DNA of 64,000 bases. Source: Tubulanus polymorphus (taxonomy: Eukaryota > Animalia > Nemertea). The stretch lies in the NCBI RefSeq assembly GCF_964204645.1, contig NC_134034.1, forward strand, positions 11,792,962-11,856,961. Reading direction: 5' to 3'. Positions 25,201-37,200 of this stretch are shown here, one piece after another. The first letter of the stretch is position 1. Every line of letters begins with the position of its first letter. The notes below the pieces were generated by a model. It saw nothing but the letters and a program-made list of their open reading frames with translations, did not search any database and was not told the DNA's origin. Made by a program: the position numbers and the translations under genes.

Positions 25201-28200
25201 TGTCAGTGAATCAAACCTTGTTTTTCGTAACACGCTTTCACTGTAGTTTCAGATACTTCTGGGGTATTTCCTGTTTTAGACGGCGTTATGGTTATTCGAA
25301 TGTATGAACCAGGTACGCCATCTGGTGTCATCGTAGTTGTGTAATCTAGCTCAACTGGGCTTGATGTGTTTGGATCGGTTGGTGTGGTGACCTATATTAA
25401 AAGAAAATGGGTGAAAATTGGGTTGATTTCCATTCAAACGAACTTAGCATAAGATAGAGAGCAATTCAAGTCTAAAGTCAATACACGTTCGCTTCAACAT
25501 ACCTTCCTGTTTTTCCAAGTCGTTTTATCAACACTCGTTTCGACGACAACTTCATCAACATTCTTTACAACAACCGAAACATTGACAATTGTAATCGGAG
25601 TACCAGGCTTGTTTTCAATCTCCAATGTTACGGTTGGTTTTTTATCAGCAGGTGTTGGTGACCAGACTTTTGGACTTTTCTCAAAAACATCAGTTGATGT
25701 TTGTTGATTCGATGTTGTTGTCACTTTGACATCAGGACTGTTTGCATCGATGACAGTTTTCGTACAACGTTTTGCTAGATTTAAAGAATATTTTGTGTTA
25801 AATCAATTTCAACCTAAACGTAATTCCATAATTACTGCAAAAATTCGTACGCGCTGTTGTTGCTGGCGTTGTTACTGAAGGAGTGGTCCCAGGAGGACTT
25901 GTTCCAGGGCGAGTTGTTCCGGGAGACGTCGTTCCTGGAGGTGTCACAGATGGTCCTGGAGAACCACTTGTTGCTGGAAGATTTAAATGGTGATACATTA
26001 GAACAAAACTAATTATCTATTTCAGGATGTAATCTTTGTGCTAAAACGATAGGATATCAAAAATGGAAAATACCCATGCTAAAATGTATCCACACACCAT
26101 AAAAATACGAATTCTGAAAATTTGCAGTCCACCTAAACATCCGATATGCTGTTTCGATGGATGATATACAACAATGTACGGTGAAAAAATACGAAACCAC
26201 GAAAATAAATACGGTTCAGGTTATCAGTTTATGGACAACCATTATATGCAATGAGACGGGTAAGGGCTATGTAGAGTAAGTGATGGTGCGTTATACCAAA
26301 TGGTACTTACGACGCTCGAATATGCAAGCCCAAACATACGCTTGAAGGTTCCAAGCACTGATGCCGAAATAGAACCTACGAGCCAGGAATCGAACCTTAC
26401 TCGCACGAGTCTCCGGACTAAAATGTACTGTATTCGATACTTCCGTGTCGATCGATTTCACTAGATTCCATGACTTTGTGTCGACATCAAACCGTTCGAT
26501 ATCGATTAGTTTTGCACTAGTGTCTATTTGAAGTTTCACAACACCGGGTATTTCAGAAGTGGTATTGCTAAGGTCAATAGTAATAGATGGATGGACTGGA
26601 CCCACCTGACTCAAAGGAATGCTAAAGGGAGCTGAACCGCGACCTAGGGCATTTGATGCACGAACTGTATCGATATTAGGATTCGACGTTATAGCTGAAT
26701 CGGGAACAAGGTCTTTCCTATCATTGATTAACACCGTTTTGTCATTGCATTCTGAAGTTGTGGCAGATGGCGATGTGTTTTGTAAAGTTACTAAAACTGA
26801 ACCTACTGTTGATGGATTTTTAATAGTGCTACTGACCAAATCTAAGGTTGCTGAGGTGTAGGCATTTGTAATGCTGGAAGCACTATTTGTTGTTGATTCT
26901 TGGTCATGTCCAATCGTACTTGAAGTAATCGATGGGGTTGGCAGGGACGCAGATGAACTTACAAATATTGATCCATGTGCACCAATAGTAGTGGGAGTAC
27001 CTTGGGAATGAGGAGACGGAGTAAATATAATCCTTGGTGTAGACGGACCAGAAAATGAACTTCCTGGTAAGTTGGGTTGCGGCAATGAAGTTGAACCAGT
27101 TACCGATGGTTCACCAGTTACAGATGTGACTGGCGTTGTTCCGCCTGGTGTATTTCTAACAGGGATTATAGTACCAGGAGATGTAGTAACAGATATAACT
27201 GGTGGTGTTGTGCTTGCTGTAGTACTAACAGTGGATAAAGTTAAACCGGATTCAGTAGTTACTGATGGTTCACTAGGAGGTGTAGTTACAGATGTAACTG
27301 GCGGTGTTGTACCCGGTGTACCACTTACAGTGGATGGAGTTGAACTAGATTCAGTAGTTACTGATGGTTCACTAGATGTATTTACCGATGTGACTGGTGG
27401 TGTTGTGCCTGGTGTACTACTAACAGGGGGTAAAGTTGAACCAGATTCAGTAGTTACTGATGGTTTACCAGGATGTGTAGTAACAGATATAACTGGTGGT
27501 GTTGTGCCTGGTGTACCACTAACAGTGGATAAAGTTGAACCGAACTCAGTAGTTACTGATGGTTCCCTAGGAGGTGTAGTAACAGATATAACTGGTGATG
27601 TTGTGCTTGCTGTAGTACTAACAGTGGATAAAGTTGAACCAGATTCAGGAGTTACCGATGGTTCGGCAGGAGATGTAGTTGGAGATGTGATTGGTGGTGT
27701 TGTGCCTGGTGTACCATTCACAGTGGAGTGAGTTGAACTAGATTCAGTGGTTACCGATGGTTCGAAAGGAGATGTAGTTGCAGATATAACTAGTGGTGTT
27801 GTGGTTACTGTAGTACTAACAGTGGATAAAGTTGAAACGGATTCAGTAGTTACTGATGGTTCACTAGATGTAGTTACAGATGTAACTGGTGGTGTTCTGC
27901 CTGGTGTGCCAGTAACAATGGGTATAGTTGAACTAGATTTAGTACTTACTGACGGTTCACTAGAAGGTGTAGTTACAGATGTAACTGGTGGTGTTGTACC
28001 CGGTGTACTACTAACAGTGTATTGAGTTAAACTTGATTCAGTAGTTACTGATGGTTCGCTTGGAGCTGTAGTAACTAGTGGTGTTATGCCTGGTGTACTA
28101 CCAGCAGTGGGCAAAGTTGAACCAGTATCAGAAGTTATTGATGGTGCACTAGGAGATGTATTTACAGATGTAACCGGTGTTGTTGTGCCCGATGTTCTAT

Positions 28201-31200
28201 TAACAGTGGATAAAGTTGAACCATATTCAGTAGTAACTGGTGGTTCGCTAGGAGCTGTAGTAACCGATGTCACTGGTGGTGTTGTGCCTGGTGTACTTAA
28301 AACAGTGGGAGAAGTTAAAACAGATCCAGTAGTTACTGATGGTTCACTAAGAGCTGTAGTAACCGATGTAACTAGTGGTGTTGTGCCTGGTGTTCCACTA
28401 GCAGTGGGTAAAGTTGAACTAGATTCAGTAGTTACTGATGGTTCACTAGGAGATGTAGTTACAGATGTGACTGGTGTTGTTGTGCCTGGTGTACCTCTAA
28501 TAGTAGATGAAGTTGAACCGGAAACAGTAGTTACTGCCAGTGGTGTCGTTGTGTCAGGGGTGTAAGTAACGGTTGGTACTTTTTTCATAATGCTGGTTGG
28601 TGTAACTTTAAGTGAAGAAGTGCCTGTAACTGCACCCACTGGAGTCGATACTACTCTAGGTATAGAGGTTATGGCTGGCGATCCACTAAGAGTGGGTCCT
28701 GTTGTGGTAATACTGGGTACATTTTTCCATGTAGTCCAAGCAATAAATGTTGGTCTAGACAGATGAACAGTTGATTCCGATGGAACGGATGTCTTTGGAA
28801 TCGTAGTCTTATGTCGTGTTTCTGTCCCGATGGAGATAGTTGTGGCCGTGGTTGTTGTTGGTAAGCTAGGATATGTCACTCTTTTCAGATCTATACAAGC
28901 CTTAATTTCCGCAACAAGATGTTGCTCGTCATTATCGAGGAATGCAACTGGTATGAGTCGTATTTTAGATGTCGTCAACTCCGGTTGAAATGTTGCCACT
29001 TTATCGATGGTTACGTTGACGGTTTTTGCAACTTTCCATACGTTATTTGATGGATCGAGGTATTCTATATGTACAAGTCTGGCATTCGTATCTATTTTGA
29101 CTTCAGTTATTCCCGGGATACTTGCCGCATTATATCCGATATGTATTTCTACAAAACTTCTCTTTGTCCCAACTTTGTTCGTCCATGGACCAATGTCGCC
29201 TCGACTCAGCACACCTATTGCCCTGTGGCTGGTTGGATAGGAGTATATTGCACAATCGGGCACCAAATCACGTCTTTCGTTGATCAAGACAGATTTTTCA
29301 ATACAGTTTTTTAATTTGTTTGGTGTCTCAGTCGACGAAGGAATGGTAGGTGCGGTTGAGGTTGTTTTTGCTATTGTGGTTGGTACATCGGTTATTTCAG
29401 GTCTGTTTGGACTGTAAGTGATAGCTTTCTGCGTAATAGTTGGTTGTATGGTAGGTGGAGATTTCGTTAGACGAGTAGCTAGCTTTGAGCTGTATGGTGT
29501 AATCCTTACTGTGGGAATAGTTGAACCGGCTAGACTGCTTTCTGGCAACTCACTGCTGGTTGGTAATGTTGAACCGGATACAGTAGTTACTGATGGTACA
29601 CTAGGAGGTGTAGTTACAGGTGTAACAGGTGTTGCACCTGGTGAACCGCTATCACTAGGTAAAGTTGAACTAGATTCAGTTGTTACTGATGTTTCACCAG
29701 CAGATGTGGTAAGAGATGGAACTGATGGTTTTGTGCCTGGTGTACCACTAGTGGATTCAGTTGAACCGGGTTCAGTAGTAACTGATGGTTCACTAGATGT
29801 AATTATAGATGTAAGCGGTGTTGTTGCAGCTGGTGTACCACTAACTGTGGATGGAGTTGAACCAGATTCAAAAGATACTGATGGTTCACCAGGAGATGTA
29901 GTTAGAGATGTGACTGGTGGTGTTGTGCCTGGTGTGCCACTAACAATGGGTAAAGTTGATCCAGATTCAGTAGTTACTGATGGCACAATAGGAGCAGAGG
30001 TTACAGATGTAATGGGTGATGTTGTGCCTGGTGTATGTCTAACAGTGGATTGAGTTGAACCGGAAACAGTAGTTACAGATGGTTTACCAGGAGGTGTAGT
30101 TACAGATGTTACTGGTGATGCTGTGCCTGGTGTATTTCTAACAGTGGATTGAGTTGGACTTGATTCAGTAGTGACTGATGGTTCACTAGATGTAGTTATA
30201 GATGTTATTTGTGGTGTTGTGCCTGGTGTACCACTAATAGTGGGTAAAGTTGACCTGGAAATAGTAGTTACTGACAGTGGTTTTGTTGTGCCAGGTGTGT
30301 TGGCAACGGTTGGTAATATTTTCATAGTGCTGGCGGATGTAACTTCAAGTGATGAAGTCATTGTTACTATACCCACTGGAGACGTTACAAATGTAGATAT
30401 AGAAGTGATAGCTGGTGATCCACTTATAGTGGGTTCTGCTGTCGCAGATGAACCGGGTGTATTTGTCCATGTAGTCCTTGCTGCAAATGTTGGTTTAGAA
30501 CGGCGAACAGTAGTTTCTGGTGCAACGGATGTCTTTGGAATCGTACTTGTATGTTGTGTTTCTGTCCCAGTGGTGGTTGTTGTCGCTGTGCTTGGTAAAC
30601 TAGGATATGTTACTCTTTTCAGATCTATACAAGCCTTGATTTCCGCAACAAGATGTTGCTCGTCATTATCGAGGAATGCAACTGGTATGAGCCGTATTTT
30701 AGATGTCGTCAACTCCGGTTGAAACGTTGCCACTGTATCGATAGTTTTGTTGACAGTCTCTGCAACTTTCCATACGTTATTTGATGGATCGAGGTATTCT
30801 ATATGTACAAGTCCGGCATTCGTATCTATTTTGACTTCAGTTATTCCCGGGATACTTGCCGCATTATATCCGATATCTATTTCTACAAAACTTCTCTTTG
30901 TCCCAACTTTGTTCGTCCATGGACCAATGTCGTCTCGACTCAGCACACCTATTGCCGTGAGACTGGGTGGATAAGAGTTTATTGCAGAATCGGGCACCAA
31001 ATCACGTCTTGCGTTGATCAAGACAGATTTTTCAATACAGTTCATCAATTTGCTTGGTGTCCCAGTCGAAGGAAGAATGGTAGGTGCGGGTGATATGGTT
31101 GTCGCTATTGTAGTTGGTACGTCAGTTATTTCAGGTCTGTTTGTACTAAGAGTGGTAGCTTTTCGGTTACTAGTTGGTATCATGGTAGTGGGAGGTTTAG

Positions 31201-34200
31201 TTAAATGAGTAGCTAGCTTTGAGCTGTATGGTGAGATCCAAACAGTGGGAATGGTTGAAACAGCAAGACTGCCTTCTGGTGTATCACTAACAGTTGGTGA
31301 AGTTGAACTAGATTCAGTAATTACTGTTGGATTACTAGATGAAGTTACAGATGTAACTGGTGGTGTTGTGCTTGGTCTACCACTAACACTGGGTAAAGTT
31401 GAACCGGGTTCGGTAGATATCAATGGTTCACTAGGAGATGTAGTCACATATGTAACTAGTTGTGTTGTGCCCAATGTACCACTAACACTGGGTAAAGTTG
31501 AACTAGATTCGGTAGTTACTAATGGTTCGCTAGGAGCTGTAGTAACTAGTGGTGTTGTGCCTGGTGTACCACTAACACTGGGTAAAGTTGAACCGGATAC
31601 AGTAGTTACTGACGGTTCACTAGGAGATGTAGTTACAGATGTAACCGGTGGTGTTGCGCCTGGTGTACCACTATCAGTGGATAAGCTTGAACTAGATTCA
31701 GTCGTTACTGACGGTTCACCAGGAGGTGTAGCAACAGATGTTACTGGTGGTGTTGTGCCTGGTGTACCACTAGCAGTGGGTAAAGTTGAACTAGATTCAG
31801 TAGTTACTGGTGGTCCACCAGGAGATGTAGGTACAGATGTAACTGGTGTTTTTGTACCTGGGTAACTGCCAGCAGTAGGTAATTTTGAACTAGATTCAGT
31901 AGTTACTGATGGTTCACTAGATGTAGTTACAGATGTAACTAGTTGTGTTGTGCCTGGTGTACCACTAGCAGTGGGTAAAGTTGAACTAGATTCAGTAGTT
32001 ACTGATGGTTCACTAGATGTAGTTACAGATGTAACTGGTGGTGTTGCGCTTGGGGTACCACTAATACTGGGTGAACTTGACCTAGATTCAGTAGTTACTG
32101 ATGGTTCACTAGGAGGTGTAGCAACAGATGTTACTGGTGGTGTTGAGCCTGGTGTACCACTATCGGTGGATAAAGTTGAACCAGAATCAGTAGTTATTGA
32201 TGGTTTACCAGGAGATGTAGTTGCAGATGTAACTAGTTGTGTTGTGCCTGGTGTACCACTAGCAGTGGGTAAAGTTGAACCAGAATCAGTAGTTATTGAT
32301 GGTACACTAGGAGATGTAGTTGCAGATGTAACTGGTGGAGTTGTGCCTGGTTTACTACTAACACTGGGTAAAGTTGAACTAGATTCAGTAGTTATTGATG
32401 GTTCACTAGGAGATGTAGTTACAGATGTAACTGGTGGTGTTGCGCCTGGTGTACCACTATCAGTGGATAAGCTTGAACTAGATTCAGTCATTACTGACGG
32501 TTCACTAGATGTAGTTACAGATGTAACTGGTGGTGTTGCGCCTGGTTTACCACTATCAGTGGATAAGCTTGAACTAGATTCAGTCGTTACTGATGGTACA
32601 CTAGGTGAAGGTACAGATGTAACTGGTGGTGTTCTGCCTGGTGTACCACTATCAGTGGATAAGCTTGAACTAGATTCAGTCGTTACTGACGGTTCACTGG
32701 GAGAGGTATTTACAGATGTTACTGGTGGTGTTGTGCCTGGTGTACCACTAGCAGTGGGTAAAGTTGAACTAGATTCAGTAGTTACTGGTGGTGCACTAGG
32801 AGATGTAGTCACAGATGTTACTGGTGGTGTTGCGCCTGGGGTACCACTAACACTGGGTGAACTTGACCTAGATTCAGTAGTTACTGATGGTTCACTAGGA
32901 GGTGTAGTAACAGATGTTACTGGTGGTGTTGTGCTTTCTGTCGTACTAACAGTGGATAAAGTTGAAACGGATTCAGTAGTTACTGATGGTTCACTAGGAG
33001 GTGTAGTAACAGATGTTACTGGTGGTGTTCTGCCTGGTGTACCACTATCAGTGGATAAAGTTGAACCAGAATCAGTAGTTATTGATGGTTTACCAGGAGA
33101 TGTAGTTGCAGATGTAACTAGTGGTGTTGTGCCTGGTTTACTACTAACACTGGGTAAAGTTGAACCAGAATCAGTAGTTATTGATGGTACACTAGGAGAT
33201 GTAGTTGCAGATGTAACTGGTGGTGTTGTGCCTGGTGTACCACTATCAGTGGGTAAAGTTGAACCAGAATCAGTAGTTATTGATGGTTTACCAGGAGATG
33301 TAGTTGCAGATGTAACTGGTGGTGTTGTGCCTGGTGTACCACTAGCAGTGGGTAAAGTTGAACTAGATTCAGTAGTTACTGGTGGTGCACTAGGAGATGT
33401 AGTTACAGATGTAACTGGTGGTGTTGTGCCTGGTTTACTACTAACACTGGGTAAAGTTGAACTAGATTCAGTAGTTACTGATTGTTCACTAGGAGATGTA
33501 GTTACAGATGTAACTGGTGGTGTTGTGCCTGGTTTACTACTAACACTGGGTAAAGTTGAACTAGATTCAGTAGTTATTGATGGTTCACTAGGAGATGTAG
33601 TCACAGATGTAACTGGTGGTGTTGCGCCTGGTGTACCACTATCAGTGGGTAAAGTTGAACTAGATTCAGTAGTTACTGGTGGTGCACTAGGAGATGTAGT
33701 TACAGATGTAACTGGTGGTGTTGTGCCTGGTGTACCACTGGCAGTGGGTAAAGTTGAACTAGATTCAGTAGTTACTGATGGTTCACTAGATGTAGGTACA
33801 GATGTAACTGGTGGTGTTGCGCCTGGTGTACCACTAACACTGGGTGAACTTGACCTAGATTCAGTAGTTACTAATGGTTCACTAGGAGATGTAGTAACAG
33901 ATGTTACTGGTGGTGTTGTGCCTGGTGTACCACTATCAGTGGATAAAGTTGACCTAGATTCAGTAGTTACTGATGGTTCACTAGGAGATGTAGTAACAGA
34001 TGTTACTGGTGGTGTTGTGCCTGGTGTACCACTATCAGTGGATAAGCTTGAACTAGATTCAGTCGTTACTGACGGTTCACTGGGAGATGTATTTACAGAT
34101 GTTACTGGTGGTGTTGTGCCTGGTGTACCACTAGCAGTGGGTAAAGTTGAACTAGATTCAGTAGTTAATGGTGGTGCACTAGGAGATGTAGTTACAGATG

Positions 34201-37200
34201 TAACTGGTGGTGTTGTGCCTGGTGTACCACTAACAGTGGATAAACTTGAACTAGATTCAGTAGTTACTGATGGTACACTAGGTGAAGGTACAGATGTTAC
34301 TGTTGGTGTTGTGCCTGGTGTACCACTAACAGTGGATAAACTTAAACTAGATTCATATGTTACTGATGGTTCACTAGGAGATGTAGGAGATGTGACTGGC
34401 GGTGTTGAACGTGGTGGACCACTAACACTGGGTATGGTTGAACTGGTTTCAGTAGTTACTGATGGTTTACTAGGAGATGTAGTTACATATACAACTGACG
34501 GTGTTGTGACTAGTTTGCCACTAAGGGTTGTTGTAACTTGTGGCGTAGAAGGTGCCGTAGTGGTTGTTTGAGCTGCTGGAAAAAAATACATTAAAACAAA
34601 ATCATTATGGCATAAAAATATTCTTTATCTAGTCACGAGGAATGTAAATACACAATGTATGAAGTGAATTAATTAGGGAATGAATTCTACGATGTTTTGT
34701 TAAACCTACGGTCGTAAATTATATATTCAAATGGCAACCAGGGTGCCGAACTTTTTCTTCTTTATGAGATAACAGGTTTTAATTCATAGATATTACGGTA
34801 AAAACTTTGATATTCCATAAGTATGAAAAAGGTTTGGTTTAAAACTGGTTAAAGCTAAGTAGCTTACTTTTGTATAATTGTCGTTGCAGAGGGTGGAAGG
34901 TGTGTAGTTGTGTGAAGCTGTGTCATTGTGGAGGTCAAAGGGTGGGTTGGTGCGGGTTGGTTTAATCGCGAGGGTTGGTGGAGTACAGGATCGGTATTAC
35001 CAACTGGTGTCATCTTCTGATATTTCTTCTCCCAAATAACTGCTCTCGATATAGATAAAGCTCTTTGAACAAGCATCACAGCAGGATTTGCAGACAAAGT
35101 AAAACGAATTGTTGAAATATGAATGAATCAAACTGATACAAGATGAGAAAGTACATGACCACCAGAATCATCAAATATGAACTCAAAACTGAGGCAATAA
35201 GAACCGATGACATGCTGGTTTTAGTTGACAGGCATGCTTGAGTTTCGAATAGGTTCACGGCTGTTGGCATCTAGAGTGAAACGGGTAAACCCTCAAAAAA
35301 GTGGAAGGCTTTAAACAAAAAGTTCGTCATAGGAACGAACACAATAGGGAATAAGCCTCGCGATATTAGGTCTGTTAATAGGTTGGTAGAAAAACATCTC
35401 GGAAAAATCAAATAAGTAATTCATTTCATGGGCATTGGCAATAAAGCAGCATTTGAGAGGATTGGATCATTCGTGAATGAACAAAAACTGGAAACAAGAT
35501 GCAAAAACGGGTTGTTAGGAATTATAGGATTGGCATTCGTGTGTAAAACTTACGGGGCTCGATGCATGCCCAGATTTTAGCCGTCAGGTACACTTTCGTA
35601 GCCGATGGGTCAATCGTGTCTTTAGCAACTAACCGAAACTTGGGCCCATCAACGCCATCGCCTAGATCGATTTTGCCGCCGTTGTTTTCGGTCGAAACAG
35701 TTTTCGCGACTTTCCACTTATTTGTGGCTGTGTCGTAAACCTCGACGTCGATAGTTTTAATGTTTGTATCGACTTCTAGTTTGGTTAATTTCGGTATCGA
35801 CGCGCTATTGGCGGTAAGATCTAGTGTCAATGCGGCGGGCTTATCGCCGGTTTTGGGCTTCAAGATAACCCACTGGGTCGCGTTTCCTCGATTCAAAGCG
35901 CCCAGTACAGACGTTAGTGACTCGGGTGACCCATCGGCCGGCGTAGCTGACACCTGACTATCGGAAACTAATCCTGGCTTATCGTTTATAAGAACAGCTT
36001 CTTCCTTGCAAGTTTCTGTAAATCATAATACACGTAGAACGTCATATGTGTCGTTCATAATTCTTCAATCTCAATCATTAACGACATTAATGAATAGATT
36101 CGCAAAACTTTGCGATAAGTATTTGTCAATACCACTTTTAGAATTCTGTGAAATTCCGCCGATACTGAGGTGATATTTTACCGGATTCACGTTAACCAAA
36201 AAATCACAAGCAGTTATAACTCTGTGGCAACCAATATTTCCTGAATTCAACTCTTTCAGACTAGGAATGACCTATGAATCAGTAGAAACTTACTTTGTGG
36301 TGGAGTCGACACTGTAGTTGATGCTAAAATGGAAAATAGAAAGTAGATGTACTTGACATATAGAGATATACGATGATGGTTGAGTTTATAGATAAGCAAT
36401 GGGTGAGGCAACAATCACATATAGCATCTGCAACTTCCCCTTCATTTTAAAGCGACCTAAAATGCGTCTAAAAGCAGGATAAATGTTACATTAATATCAA
36501 CAAATGAACGCTGTAAGTAGTCACTGGAATTCTGCAAGGAGAAAAGACAAACATAGGATTAAAGCCTTTGTCCGACAGAGACAATTACTAGTACACACTA
36601 CTGCGATAAGTTGGGACGAACAATTATTGCAGAAGCGCTACAAATACTTTTGCTAACTCTAAAAGCTGTCCATGTACCTAGAAGCAAAGGCATATAATTT
36701 CTCCGGACAATTCCAGGTTACAACATAGCGACTGGAATCCCCGTATCCTGAATCCGTGTTCACTGCTCTAAATTTGATGCAAGACTTGTCTGTTCGCTAT
36801 CCAATCAAACATTATGTCACTGTAGCCTAGCCGGCGACTTCACAGTCTGGATTTCCCCGAACCAGAAATTTGGGGTTAAGCTCCGTGTGATTTTATTGAA
36901 ACCGTTAGCTATACCAGGTTTAAGGTGATACCATTGCATGCAAAATGGGTCTGCGAAACTGCACTAGATAGCGATAACATTTTTCTGTTCTAATCATTCC
37001 GCACTCACTTGGTTCAATGCATGCGAACACTTGGATTTTCACTTCATACGCATCGATGACGTTAATTGGATATTGTCTAAGATTCTTTGCGATAAGTCGG
37101 AACTTCGTCGCAGGCAGTGTTGGCCGAAACAGTAGCGAAGTACGTAAAGTGCCGATCGGCTTCCATTTGCCGACATTGTCGATAATTTCAACATCGAATG

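Larger units (their letters stand above)
18049..25774 (-). repeat. Tandem array of nine 3-exon cassettes (unit 822-897 bp)
   Basis: Exon A starts at 25774, 24877, 24055, 23188, 22291, 21394, 20565, 19678 and 18781; introns nearly identical. Confidence 0.95.

Noticed and set aside
18049-25774. CRISPR-like or transposon array interpretation of the regular repeats
   Set aside because: Eukaryotic exon-intron units with no unique spacers, cas genes or transposase.
26619-34571. Plus-strand Val/Gly/Asp-rich ORFs up to 873 aa
   Set aside because: Antisense to the giant PTS exon and interrupted by stops, while the minus frame is continuous.
34868-35097. Thr/Pro-rich ORF ending at a GTAAGC donor
   Set aside because: The Thr-rich frame ends in phase 2, incompatible with its phase 1 neighbours, and there is no clear acceptor; possibly a decayed exon.
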